Shown: positions 9,593 through 18,349 of the stretch, piece by piece
Numbering within the stretch: position 1 is the stretch's first letter
Layout: every line of letters begins with the position of its first letter
Assembly: GCA_043813075.1 (NCBI GenBank)
Contig: JBDRLL010000003.1
Span: forward strand, 64,001 to 128,000
Length of the DNA: 64,000 nucleotides
Reading direction: 5' to 3'
From: Candidatus Altiarchaeota archaeon
GTDB taxonomy: Archaea; Altiarchaeota; Altiarchaeia; IMC4; SCGC-AAA252-I15
The notes under the pieces: generated by a model
The model's input: only the letters and a program-made list of their open reading frames with translations
What the model was told of the DNA's origin: nothing
Database searches by the model: none
Position numbers and translations under genes: made by a program

Positions 9593-10711
9593 GTGGAAGA
9601 GATGGGGGGGAAGTCCATACTAATACTTGAGCGTGACCCGCTCAAGAGAAAGCGGAGATCATTTGAGATAGGGTACTGGAGGTTCTCGGAGTATTTTGTA
9701 TCCGAAAGGCTGCTCAAAGAGGGATGGCAGGTCACATCACTGGATGACGAGTCCATGCCACACTTATGGCTTTTGTTGAAGTGGATGTTCAGGAGGGAGT
9801 GGATTGCAGAGTATTACTTAAGCCTCTTTCAGACGGCCATGCTAGCCTTCTCGCGGAAATCCCATCCTATCGCATGCGCCTGGCAGGGGCCGGGTTTTGT
9901 GTTCGCGGCGATACGCAAGTTGCTTGCGAGAAGCAGCGAGACTAAGCTGATAGTGGTGATGTACTACAGTTACACCCACAACACCTTAAGACATGCCATC
10001 ATACGCCGTGTACTCGGATGGGTCCTCCGTGATTCTACGACAATCGTGTGCATCACTTCCACCCAGAGGAAGGAGTTCGAAAAGTCTTTTCGCCTGAAGC
10101 CAGGACAGGTAAGGTACTTAAGAAGGGGTGTTGACACCGTATTTTTCAGTCCGCTCGCGGAGGACCGTGAAACCGGGATTAACGACTATGTGTTTTGCAC
10201 TGGAGAATACGACAGGGACGACAGACTCCTGCTAAGCGCATGCATGGACCTGGGTTTGAAACTAATTCGGGTGACGAAAGAGCCGGAATACGCTTTAGAA
10301 ATATTGAGGATTGCTAAGAACATCGGCGTCAGGGAGATTGAAGTCCTGATGAAAGTGGACGCTGAAACTCTGCGCAGATTATACAGGAACTCGCTGTTTG
10401 TAGTGGTGCCTGTTAAGAATGACACCCATCCGGCTGGACTTACATCCTTACTGGAGTCCATGGCCTGTGGGAAGGCGACCATCGTCAGCGAGGGGTTGAC
10501 TACAGAGGATTATGCTAGAGACATGGTGGACGCCGTTTATTTTAATCGAGGTGACTTGAAGAGTTTGAAGGATAGGATGGCTCTACTGCGTGATGACGCC
10601 CACCTGAGGGCAGTCATCGGAGGAAACGCCAGGAAAGCTGTGGAGGATAACCACCGAATCGAGGATGACGTTGATGGCCTGATGCGGGTGGTGGGGGGCC
10701 TCATGGCCTAG
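9593..10711 (+). CDS. GT4 family glycosyltransferase
   Basis: GVDTVFF and GLTSLLESMACGKATI motifs. Confidence 0.88.
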   Translation: MEEMGGKSILILERDPLKRKRRSFEIGYWRFSEYFVSERLLKEGWQVTSLDDESMPHLWLLLKWMFRREWIAEYYLSLFQTAMLAFSRKSHPIACAWQGPGFVFAAIRKLLARSSETKLIVVMYYSYTHNTLRHAIIRRVLGWVLRDSTTIVCITSTQRKEFEKSFRLKPGQVRYLRRGVDTVFFSPLAEDRETGINDYVFCTGEYDRDDRLLLSACMDLGLKLIRVTKEPEYALEILRIAKNIGVREIEVLMKVDAETLRRLYRNSLFVVVPVKNDTHPAGLTSLLESMACGKATIVSEGLTTEDYARDMVDAVYFNRGDLKSLKDRMALLRDDAHLRAVIGGNARKAVEDNHRIEDDVDGLMRVVGGLMA

Positions 10712-10717
10712 TGTTTT

Positions 10718-12031
10718 TCATTTTACCAGTGATATTATAGGGTTCCTGCTCCCGCTCCTGGTTTTACTCAACCGGTCTTTTACCACAACATCCACATCAA
10801 CTTCTTCGTTTATTGCCGATCTGATCTTGTCTTCAATCTCGCGCACCATAACCGTTGAGAATTTGATTCCAGGCAGTATCTCTAGCGTTAAGTGATCCCT
10901 AGAATCCTGTATCATACAGAAGTCGCATATGCAGTCAGGATAGTCCAGGATAAGATGATAGGCCAGGTCCAGGAGAAATCCTGAAGAGAGGATTCTCCCG
11001 CTTGGGAGCGTGAAATAGTCGTTTTTCCTGCCTTGCAGCTTCTCCAACACCTTGAATTTTCTCCCGCAAGAACATTCCTTGGTGACTATGCTGGCAAGGT
11101 CTTTCTGGCGATACCTGATGAACGGCATGGCGTAATTTAGAAGATGGGTTCCAACAACCTCTCCAACAACACCCTCTGGAAGGTCTTGGCCGTTTTCATC
11201 GAGGATTTCAACATAGTTTATATCCTCGAAGACGTGGTAGTTGTAGGCCCTGCATTGGGCTGCTATGCGGTTTAATTCCTCGGAGGAATACTCGTCTAGG
11301 ATAGTGCAGTTAAAAAAATCCGCTAGTCTGCTTCTTTCACTGGGAAGTGACATCTCTGAATTCACGAATATTGCCTTAAGTCTTTTTGGTGGGGAAACCC
11401 CATTATGCATCATATAAACCATTAACTCACTCAATACGGATGGATAGCACGAGAGTATGTCAGGATTTTGCCGGACTAATTCCCTTGTTATCGAGGGCAC
11501 ATCATCAAGAGTCCATATGAAACGCACCCAGTATAGGCCCAATATCCTGTCCAACGGATGCTTTGACGAGTAGATGCTAACCTGCTTGTGCCATGGACGC
11601 CATCGAACCCCCATCGAATACGTCCTAAGTCCAGCCAGCATATAGTGCACAAGAGTGGACTTGTCGTATATCACCTTCAGCACCTTGCCTGATGAGCCGG
11701 AACTCGCTGAGACAATGCACTTGTCCGCGTCAACGCCTTTCGCTAGAACGCCTTCCGGGAAGTTGTCTATTAACTCATCCTTAGTTGTTAACGGTAGTCT
11801 CTTGAAGTCCTGGATGGTTTTAATATCACTTGGCTTTATACCAGCATGATCATACTTTTCCCTGTACAATGGGACGTTGACGTAAGCGTGTTCAACGATT
11901 TTTTTAAGCCTATCAAATTGGTATCTCTCGATTTCTTCCCGCGAACGGTATTGAAGTCTGAATGTGGGGAATAGACCCGGCAGTAACCGGGATACCACGT
12001 TGAATCCGTCGCTTAGGGGCAGTGTTTTCAT
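10718..12031 (-). CDS. Phenylacetate-CoA ligase / CapK-like adenylate-forming enzyme
   Basis: HAYVNVPLYREKY, SSGSSG P-loop, YSSEE, NYAMPFIRY and GRKND motifs; start likely MKTLP at 12031. Confidence 0.85.
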   Translation of the reverse strand: MKTLPLSDGFNVVSRLLPGLFPTFRLQYRSREEIERYQFDRLKKIVEHAYVNVPLYREKYDHAGIKPSDIKTIQDFKRLPLTTKDELIDNFPEGVLAKGVDADKCIVSASSGSSGKVLKVIYDKSTLVHYMLAGLRTYSMGVRWRPWHKQVSIYSSKHPLDRILGLYWVRFIWTLDDVPSITRELVRQNPDILSCYPSVLSELMVYMMHNGVSPPKRLKAIFVNSEMSLPSERSRLADFFNCTILDEYSSEELNRIAAQCRAYNYHVFEDINYVEILDENGQDLPEGVVGEVVGTHLLNYAMPFIRYRQKDLASIVTKECSCGRKFKVLEKLQGRKNDYFTLPSGRILSSGFLLDLAYHLILDYPDCICDFCMIQDSRDHLTLEILPGIKFSTVMVREIEDKIRSAINEEVDVDVVVKDRLSKTRSGSRNPIISLVK

Positions 12032-12164
12032 TATTTTAGTAGAGTATATTAACAGGCCATAAAGAAAACTGGGGGGCAAGCCACAAAGCGTAGTGGCTAT
12101 CGCACCTGAGACCATAATGCATTGGGTACTGGGTCTTATTAAGTTTTTCACCGTATTCTTACCT

Positions 12165-13406
12165 GTGGTAGAATATGTGGAGACCTACGGGTGCGCTCTA
12201 AACCAGGCTGACAGCGAGACTATTCACGGACTGCTTGAGGAGCACGGGCTAGGCGAGTCTGGTGTTGTCGTGGTAAACACGTGCACAGTCAAGTCCCCGA
12301 CCGAAAACAAGATACTGAAGAAACTCAGGGAATACGAGTCTGAGGGTAGACGCGTGGTTGTGGCAGGATGCCTGCCGGCAGCAAGACCAGGAGTAGCGGA
12401 CGAGTTCCCATCCTTCTCATTCATCGGAACCAACACAGGAGACATAGTGGAGGCTGTGAGCGCTACGGCCGTGGGCGAAAGGTACGTTAATATCTCGGGT
12501 CCTGGCGAGAAAATCGGGCTGCCGCACGTGAACGAGAACCCTGTCGTCGGCATCGTGCCGATATCAGAGGGTTGTCTGGGAGGCTGCAGCTACTGTCTGA
12601 CTAAGAAGGCTAGGGGGAGGCTAAAGTCATACAGCGTTGATGGTATCGTCCGCCGGATTGGCGAGTTCGCTTCTAAGGGTGTCAGGGAGATATGGCTTAC
12701 GTCACAGGATACTGGAGCCTATGGGAGAGATGTTGGATGCGACCTTGTGGAACTGCTTAACGCAGTCTGCATGGTGGAAGGCGACTTCAAGGTCAGGGTC
12801 GGCATGATGAACCCTAACTATGCGTTGGAGATGCTGGACGGTTTGATTGACGCCTACAGGAACGTTAAGATTTACAGGTTCGCGCACATTCCAGTGCAGT
12901 CTGGCAGCGACAAAGTGCTTGAAGAGATGAACAGGCGATACTGTGTGAGAGATTTCAAGAGGATTGCTGAGAGATTCAGGGAAGAATTGAATGCCACTAT
13001 ATCGACGGACGTTATTGCAGGCTATCCGACTGAGACCACTGAAGAATTCGACAAGACAGTGAGGCTGATAAGGGAGTTGAAGCCTGATGTGCTTAACGTG
13101 TCCAGATACTGGCCGAGGCCTGGCACGGAAGCCGCTTCATTAAAGCAGCTGCCCGGTAGGGAGACCAAGAGGCGTTCCAGTATTATCGTCGACTTGTTCA
13201 GGGAAACAGGGTTGGAGAGGAATAGATGGTGGATTGGGTGGAATGGCGAGTGCATCGCCTCGAAGGATAACGGGGATGGCACGTACACTGCGCGCAACGA
13301 CTGGTACAAGCCGATAATAGTTGATGGTGAAGGACTGTTAGGAAATAATCTGATGGTTGAGGTTACTGAGGCGACATACTATGACTTGAGGGGGGAAATC
13401 ACCTAG
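12165..13406 (+). CDS. tRNA t6A37 methylthiotransferase (archaeal MiaB-like, e-MtaB/CDKAL1 type)
   Basis: ETYGCALN, NTCTVK, VAGCL (UPF0004 Cys residues); GCLGGCSYC radical SAM motif; PRPGTEA; GTG start estimated at 12165. Confidence 0.9.
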   Translation: MVEYVETYGCALNQADSETIHGLLEEHGLGESGVVVVNTCTVKSPTENKILKKLREYESEGRRVVVAGCLPAARPGVADEFPSFSFIGTNTGDIVEAVSATAVGERYVNISGPGEKIGLPHVNENPVVGIVPISEGCLGGCSYCLTKKARGRLKSYSVDGIVRRIGEFASKGVREIWLTSQDTGAYGRDVGCDLVELLNAVCMVEGDFKVRVGMMNPNYALEMLDGLIDAYRNVKIYRFAHIPVQSGSDKVLEEMNRRYCVRDFKRIAERFREELNATISTDVIAGYPTETTEEFDKTVRLIRELKPDVLNVSRYWPRPGTEAASLKQLPGRETKRRSSIIVDLFRETGLERNRWWIGWNGECIASKDNGDGTYTARNDWYKPIIVDGEGLLGNNLMVEVTEATYYDLRGEIT

Positions 13407-14043
13407 CCTGCAGCAACACGCCTTTTATCCTGCCGACATCCTTTGCATCAATCCTTGGGAAAGGTATCTTACTTAACGCGATGCGGAGTTCACGATCCTC
13501 TTCGGCAGGAGCATCCTGCCCCCTGACCGTTAGTGCGTCCATGAAAGCCCGTCTAGTGGACTTGTCGTCAGAACTCCTCTTGTCAGCCCGGAAATCCACG
13601 CTTTCAACCAACTTCGGGTCTTGAATAAGCTTTTCCAATGCATCATGAGGGTATGTGACCCACTCCTTCAAACCCTTCTCCAGACGCTCAGCCAACTGGC
13701 CAGCATCCTCCCTAGAGCCGGTCGCCCTCACGATTCTCTCGGCAATAAGAGAGATTGCCCTGCTGGCATAGATTCCTGGGAAATTCATGGGGTGAAGCCA
13801 CTCCGCCTCCCCCACGGGAACTGAAACCATCTCCCTGAGGATGTCTTGCACAGGCCGGTGAGGCGTAATCCCTGACTGGCGTACCGCATAATCCATTACC
13901 TGTGATAACTTGTCGGGAGGCAATACCTTCTTCATGCCATCAAATATTTTCTCAGCCCCCGCCTCCTCGATGGTGGGTGGGAATAGATAACCCTGACCTT
14001 TACCGTCAAAGTAGTGCTGCCCCCTCCGAGTGAATGTTGGCAT
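13399..14043 (-). CDS. Orphan hypothetical protein
   Basis: 214-aa ATG ORF; no recognised motif. Confidence 0.6.
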   Translation of the reverse strand: MPTFTRRGQHYFDGKGQGYLFPPTIEEAGAEKIFDGMKKVLPPDKLSQVMDYAVRQSGITPHRPVQDILREMVSVPVGEAEWLHPMNFPGIYASRAISLIAERIVRATGSREDAGQLAERLEKGLKEWVTYPHDALEKLIQDPKLVESVDFRADKRSSDDKSTRRAFMDALTVRGQDAPAEEDRELRIALSKIPFPRIDAKDVGRIKGVLLQAR

Positions 14044-14064
14044 AATGGATAATAGGTAGGATGA

Positions 14065-15069
14065 TTATTTTAACTTGAAGTCGACGCAGTACCTTGAGAC
14101 TCCGGGTGAGAAAGACCCGCACTCGACCACATCCAACACCTCGACAGCAACCCCCAATATGCCAGCAGACTCGACCGCATCACCGCTAGCACCGATACTG
14201 CTCTCCGCGAAGACATAATAATGGACGACACCACCCGTATTCAACGCCGGCAACGCAATATCCATGAAGCTTCCAGCATCCTTGGGCAGCGGCATCACTA
14301 TCCTGTCAAATGTCCCGAGGCTGGGGACGACATCACGAACGTCGCCACAGTAGACGCTAACACTGGTCTTACTCATCAAAACGTTCTTACGCATGAACTC
14401 CACCGCATCAGGATTCAACTCTACCGCATGGACTTCACAGCCTGAAACACGTGAAATCAGTATTGCATACGGGCCTACGCCAGCGAACATGACGAGCACC
14501 CTTTCGCCGGGACGGGCCTGTCTCGCCACCCGCATACGCTCGCCGGATAGACGGGGGCTGAAGTAGGCCTTAGCCACGTCAAGCCGGTACCTTAGGCCGT
14601 GCTCGGAGTGTATCGTCCAGGTCCTGTCTTCCCCAGCTATCACTTGCAGGGACGGCACACGATACTCTGAGTCGACCTTCCCGGTCTTCATGAGGACAAC
14701 CTTAACGTTCTTGAAGGTTTTGATAAGCGCTTCACCCACAATATTCTTCCTTGGCAAAAGGCCTTCAGGCAGGTCGATTATGGCTATGTCGCCGATTATG
14801 TCGAATGATGACGGCACTAGAGGCAGTTCACCTTCAGACAGAGTATTCCTAAGGGAATCAAGGAGGGAAGTCGGGGCTCTTTCGTTTAACGGACCTTCAC
14901 GCTCCACGAACTCCACGCCATCGACTTCAATTTTCTCTTTCACAGGGAAGAGCACGAATCCCTTCTCCCGAATAACTTTGCGGGAGTTATCCCAAACGCC
15001 CGAATCCATGACAATATTCTTGACGGACTCCGCCCTCCGGACCTCAATCTTAGCGTACATCACCGACAC
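14065..15069 (-). CDS. trm5: Trm5-family tRNA (G37) methyltransferase (Met10+-like)
   Basis: SFDIIGDIAI, YFSPRLSGER, MFAGVGPY, ELNPDA and DRIVMPLP motifs; start may be ATG 15060. Confidence 0.88.
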   Translation of the reverse strand: MSVMYAKIEVRRAESVKNIVMDSGVWDNSRKVIREKGFVLFPVKEKIEVDGVEFVEREGPLNERAPTSLLDSLRNTLSEGELPLVPSSFDIIGDIAIIDLPEGLLPRKNIVGEALIKTFKNVKVVLMKTGKVDSEYRVPSLQVIAGEDRTWTIHSEHGLRYRLDVAKAYFSPRLSGERMRVARQARPGERVLVMFAGVGPYAILISRVSGCEVHAVELNPDAVEFMRKNVLMSKTSVSVYCGDVRDVVPSLGTFDRIVMPLPKDAGSFMDIALPALNTGGVVHYYVFAESSIGASGDAVESAGILGVAVEVLDVVECGSFSPGVSRYCVDFKLK

Positions 15070-15076
15070 GTAAAGA

Positions 15077-15496
15077 CTATTCCCCCTTGAAGTATAAACG
15101 CTTAATCTTCTTGCTGCTGTTCAATCCACCATCCCACTTGGATTGAATACGGACAACGCGTGCTTCAACACCCGCCTTCCTCAGCATATCCTCAACCTCT
15201 TCGATAGTGAACGACTGGTCAGGGCCAAGCGTGACTATGTCGGGCTTCAACTCGCGTATGGGCTTCAGCATGTCGTCAGGGTCGCCGATGACCGCGTCAT
15301 CCACCGACTTCAGCGACTTAACCACCTCAAGCCTCTGCCCCTCGGGTATGTGCACCACACCCTTCCGGTCTCCAGCAGTCCTGTCTGATGCGATTATGAC
15401 CACAAGCCTGTCCCCCAGCCTACGGGACTCGCTTAGGTAAAGCAGATGGCCTGGATGCAGCACCTCGAAAACCCCTGTGGCAACGACTAGAACCAT
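15077..15496 (-). CDS. ribL: Archaeal FAD synthase (cytidylyltransferase family)
   Basis: VVATGVFEVLHPGH (HxGH) and KPDIVTLGPDQ motifs; start MVLVV at 15496. Confidence 0.8.
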   Translation of the reverse strand: MVLVVATGVFEVLHPGHLLYLSESRRLGDRLVVIIASDRTAGDRKGVVHIPEGQRLEVVKSLKSVDDAVIGDPDDMLKPIRELKPDIVTLGPDQSFTIEEVEDMLRKAGVEARVVRIQSKWDGGLNSSKKIKRLYFKGE

Positions 15497-15536
15497 ATGA
15501 AGCTTATATACGTTGAAGAATAAATGTATCTTCCAG

Positions 15537-15959
15537 ATGAAGCCTGAAATCGAGTACAAGAGCCTTGAGGCGAAACAGTACGGAACCGGTGGAGAGCCGG
15601 CCAGCATAAACAACAACAGCACTCTGACGAAAGTACTGGGCGAGGGGAAATACCTTAACGTGGGATTCATATTCAGCTGCAACTACGAGCCCAACGTGGG
15701 CGTCATAAGAATCGAAGGCGACCTTAGGCTCGACGAGTCGGAGGACAACGTCAAGAGGGCTATGGACGAGTGGAACACGTCAGGACACAAGAAACTCCCG
15801 AAAGACATCGCCGAGAAAGTCCACAACACGATACTGTCGAACTGCGTGCTGGAGGCAAGCATCCTGGCGAGGGACGTTAAACTACCGGTCCCACTGCCAG
15901 TCCCCCACGTCCAGATAGGCAGCGAATCAACGAAGGAGACTCAAAGTTATATCAGATGA
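15537..15959 (+). CDS. Conserved archaeal hypothetical protein, possibly SecB-like fold
   Basis: First gene of the L31e-aIF6 operon; C-terminal NTILSNC...ARDVKLPVPLP. Confidence 0.65.
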   Translation: MKPEIEYKSLEAKQYGTGGEPASINNNSTLTKVLGEGKYLNVGFIFSCNYEPNVGVIRIEGDLRLDESEDNVKRAMDEWNTSGHKKLPKDIAEKVHNTILSNCVLEASILARDVKLPVPLPVPHVQIGSESTKETQSYIR

Positions 15960-15962
15960 AAA

Positions 15963-16265
15963 ATGAAAGAAGAAAAGCCAGATAAGAAGGAGAAGAAGTC
16001 GAAGAAGGAGGCCAAGCCCCCGGAAGAGAAGATATACTCTGTGCCATTAGGCAGCGCGCGCAAAGGATCTTCACGAGAAAAGGCCAGTAAGGCAGTGAAG
16101 GTTGTGAAAGAGTTCCTCGAGTCAAAGGCAGGGCTGGACGAATACTCCATAGACCCTGAGTTGAACAGCCAGCTATGGTCAAGGGGAATCGGCAAGCCAC
16201 CCAGGAGCCTGAAGATAAAGGTTGTGAAAAACGAGGGTGAAGTCACTGTTTCACCGGTGAAGTAG
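15963..16265 (+). CDS. rpl31e: 50S ribosomal protein L31e
   Basis: EKIYSVPL, KAVKVVKEFL and IDPELNSQLWSRGIGKPPRSLKIKV motifs. Confidence 0.92.
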   Translation: MKEEKPDKKEKKSKKEAKPPEEKIYSVPLGSARKGSSREKASKAVKVVKEFLESKAGLDEYSIDPELNSQLWSRGIGKPPRSLKIKVVKNEGEVTVSPVK

Positions 16266-16270
16266 GCAAC

Positions 16271-16921
16271 ATGCACTACCAGCAGCTAAGCGTGCAGGGC
16301 GAGGATTTCATAGGCCTCCTAGGACTCGCCACGGACAGGTATGCAGTACTCGCCAGGAAGTTCCCGGATACTGATGTTTTAGGCGTGGAGTCGCTTCGGA
16401 CGAGGATATACGCCACAAACCTTGTGGGAATGTTCTGCGCCGGGAACAGTAACGGGCTTCTAGTGCCGTACTTTGTTGGCGAGGACGAGATGCAGAGGCT
16501 TAGGGAGTTCCTGAACCCCATGGGCGTTGAGGTGGGGAAGATTGAGGACATCCACACTGCCCTCGGCAACATGATAGCATGCAACGACAAAGGCTGCGTG
16601 CTAAGCCCCAAGATACTGGACTACCATGTTGTGGAGGAGGTGCTGGGTGTCGAGGCTGTCTCCATGAGTCTTGGCGGGCTTGAGGAGGTTGGCGCATGCG
16701 TTTGCGCTACAAACAAGGGATTCATCGCATCACCCTACGCTGAAGGGCAGCTAAAGGCTTTGAGCGACGTCCTTAAAGTGGGGGGCGACGTTGGGACAGT
16801 GAATTTCGGGGTTTCTTTCGTTAAGTCAGGCCTGATTGCCAACAGCAACGGCTACATGACAGGGTCAAGGACTAGTGGGATAGAGGTTGGTGAGATAGAG
16901 TCTGCGTTAGGGTTCATCTAG
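16271..16921 (+). CDS. eif6: Translation initiation factor 6 (aIF6)
   Basis: GNSNGLL, ALGNMIACNDKG, GTVNFG and ANSNG...TSGIE motifs; follows L31e. Confidence 0.95.
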   Translation: MHYQQLSVQGEDFIGLLGLATDRYAVLARKFPDTDVLGVESLRTRIYATNLVGMFCAGNSNGLLVPYFVGEDEMQRLREFLNPMGVEVGKIEDIHTALGNMIACNDKGCVLSPKILDYHVVEEVLGVEAVSMSLGGLEEVGACVCATNKGFIASPYAEGQLKALSDVLKVGGDVGTVNFGVSFVKSGLIANSNGYMTGSRTSGIEVGEIESALGFI

Positions 16922-17401
16922 CTTCCTTACCTTATCCACTCCACCAGATTCCTCAATAACCTTAGCCACCGCATCAGGGACAAGACTCCTCCAGTCGCCA
17001 TCTTCAACTATTCTCCTACGCACTTCGGTGGCAGAGTATAGTACGCGGTTGAAGAATGGCACCTCAACCACACTAAAGCCGGCTTGCCTGAAAAGGTTGG
17101 TTTCACGTTCCGTATTCCCGTAATACGCGTCGAAATCAAGGTTTTCACTGATCCACTCCATCCACTTGCCATCATCCCCGAAATCCGGGATTCCGACCAC
17201 CTCGAAGCCGACGTCAAGCACCAGCGAGTTGACTATCATATCCTCCCGCTCTTCGAACGAGAAGGGATTATCCTTCACCCCACTCTTGTTAGAACTCCCT
17301 ACGCCGATCAACAGCTCCCCTGAGTGTGCGGCAGCGTATTCTATAAGGCTTACGTGACCCTTGTGGAGCGGCTGAAACCTGCCGACAACGAGCGCTTTCA
17401 T
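16907..17401 (-). CDS. nadM: Nicotinamide-nucleotide adenylyltransferase
   Basis: GRFQPLHKGH, NPFSFEER and SATEVRRRI motifs. Confidence 0.93.
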   Translation of the reverse strand: MKALVVGRFQPLHKGHVSLIEYAAAHSGELLIGVGSSNKSGVKDNPFSFEEREDMIVNSLVLDVGFEVVGIPDFGDDGKWMEWISENLDFDAYYGNTERETNLFRQAGFSVVEVPFFNRVLYSATEVRRRIVEDGDWRSLVPDAVAKVIEESGGVDKVRKLDEP

Positions 17402-17404
17402 CCC

Positions 17405-17438
17405 GGTTTAATTAATTCGGTTCCATTGTTAATATCAT
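17405..17438. repeat. 34-bp direct repeat, copy 1
   Basis: ggtttaattaattcggttccattgttaatatcat, identical to 18316-18349. Confidence 0.95.
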
Positions 17439-17507
17439 TAATGGAATAAAGGCGTTGGAATACAATAGGATATAAAAGTTGATAGGAATACGAGGGAGGT
17501 AGATTAT

Positions 17508-18203
17508 ATGGGATGGGGGAAAAAGCCCGCCAAATCTCGTTTTTGCGGTGTAAGCTATCTGGGAGAGGTTCAGGCTAATGAGATTGAGTTTATTGCGGGA
17601 AAGTTTTTATCTGACAGGAAGGATCTTGTGCTAGCCGACTTCGGCTGCGGCGGAAAACCATACAAAAATGTGTTTGAGAGATACGTTTCGAAGCATATTG
17701 GGGTGGATATCCCGTTAAACGATGATGCCGACGTATTCTTTGACGAGAAGGGGAGAGCAGACCTTCCGGACAACTCAGTGGATGTTGTAGTGTCAACCCA
17801 GACGCTGGAACACGTTGATAACCCGGTGTTTTTCCTTGAGGAGATAAGGCGTGTATTGAAGCCCGGCGGACTGCTTATTACCTCAACACACGGATGTTTC
17901 TTCTACCACCCATGCCCGGGAGACTTCTGGAGGTGGACTGCTGAAGGATTAAAAAAACAGATAACCAATTCAGGCTACCATATCATATATTTTAAGGGGG
18001 TGCTTGGTTTAACGGGCCTGTCAATCCAGTTGTTCCAGGCTGCATTAGAGGAAAAACTGCCAAAACACATCATCAAACCCGTTTTCACATATATTATGCA
18101 GGTTCTTATCGGAATAGCGGATAAGATAGACACCGATGAAGAGAAAAAACGGGATGCTTGCATATACTTTGTAGTCGCTTCAAAAGAAGATACTGGCAGA
18201 TGA
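17508..18203 (+). CDS. Class I SAM-dependent methyltransferase
   Basis: DFGCGGKPY, TLEHV, RVLKPGG and YHPCPGDFWRWT motifs (type common in glycan loci). Confidence 0.88.
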   Translation: MGWGKKPAKSRFCGVSYLGEVQANEIEFIAGKFLSDRKDLVLADFGCGGKPYKNVFERYVSKHIGVDIPLNDDADVFFDEKGRADLPDNSVDVVVSTQTLEHVDNPVFFLEEIRRVLKPGGLLITSTHGCFFYHPCPGDFWRWTAEGLKKQITNSGYHIIYFKGVLGLTGLSIQLFQAALEEKLPKHIIKPVFTYIMQVLIGIADKIDTDEEKKRDACIYFVVASKEDTGR

Positions 18204-18315
18204 CTAGGAGATATTAGCAGAACAAGTGACACCACCATTTTCTTACAGTTACTGGATGGGTGAGATGATGGGTAGGATATCCTGCCGAACCCATCTACGA
18301 CGGTATTTCATTCCA

Positions 18316-18349
18316 GGTTTAATTAATTCGGTTCCATTGTTAATATCAT
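18316..18349. repeat. 34-bp direct repeat, copy 2 (ends in the herA start codon)
   Basis: Identical to 17405-17438. Confidence 0.95.

Noticed and set aside
12093-12164. N-terminal extensions in the ORF track (also 12032-12151, 15497-15682, 34693-34821, 60949-61047 and 62957-63136)
   Set aside because: They overlap divergent genes or promoters; family motifs begin at downstream starts.
18249-18311. Tiny - strand ORF (MKYRRRW...) next to repeat copy 2 as a nadM remnant
   Set aside because: Similarity to the nadM 5' end is limited to atgaaa and tcggcagg, too weak to call.
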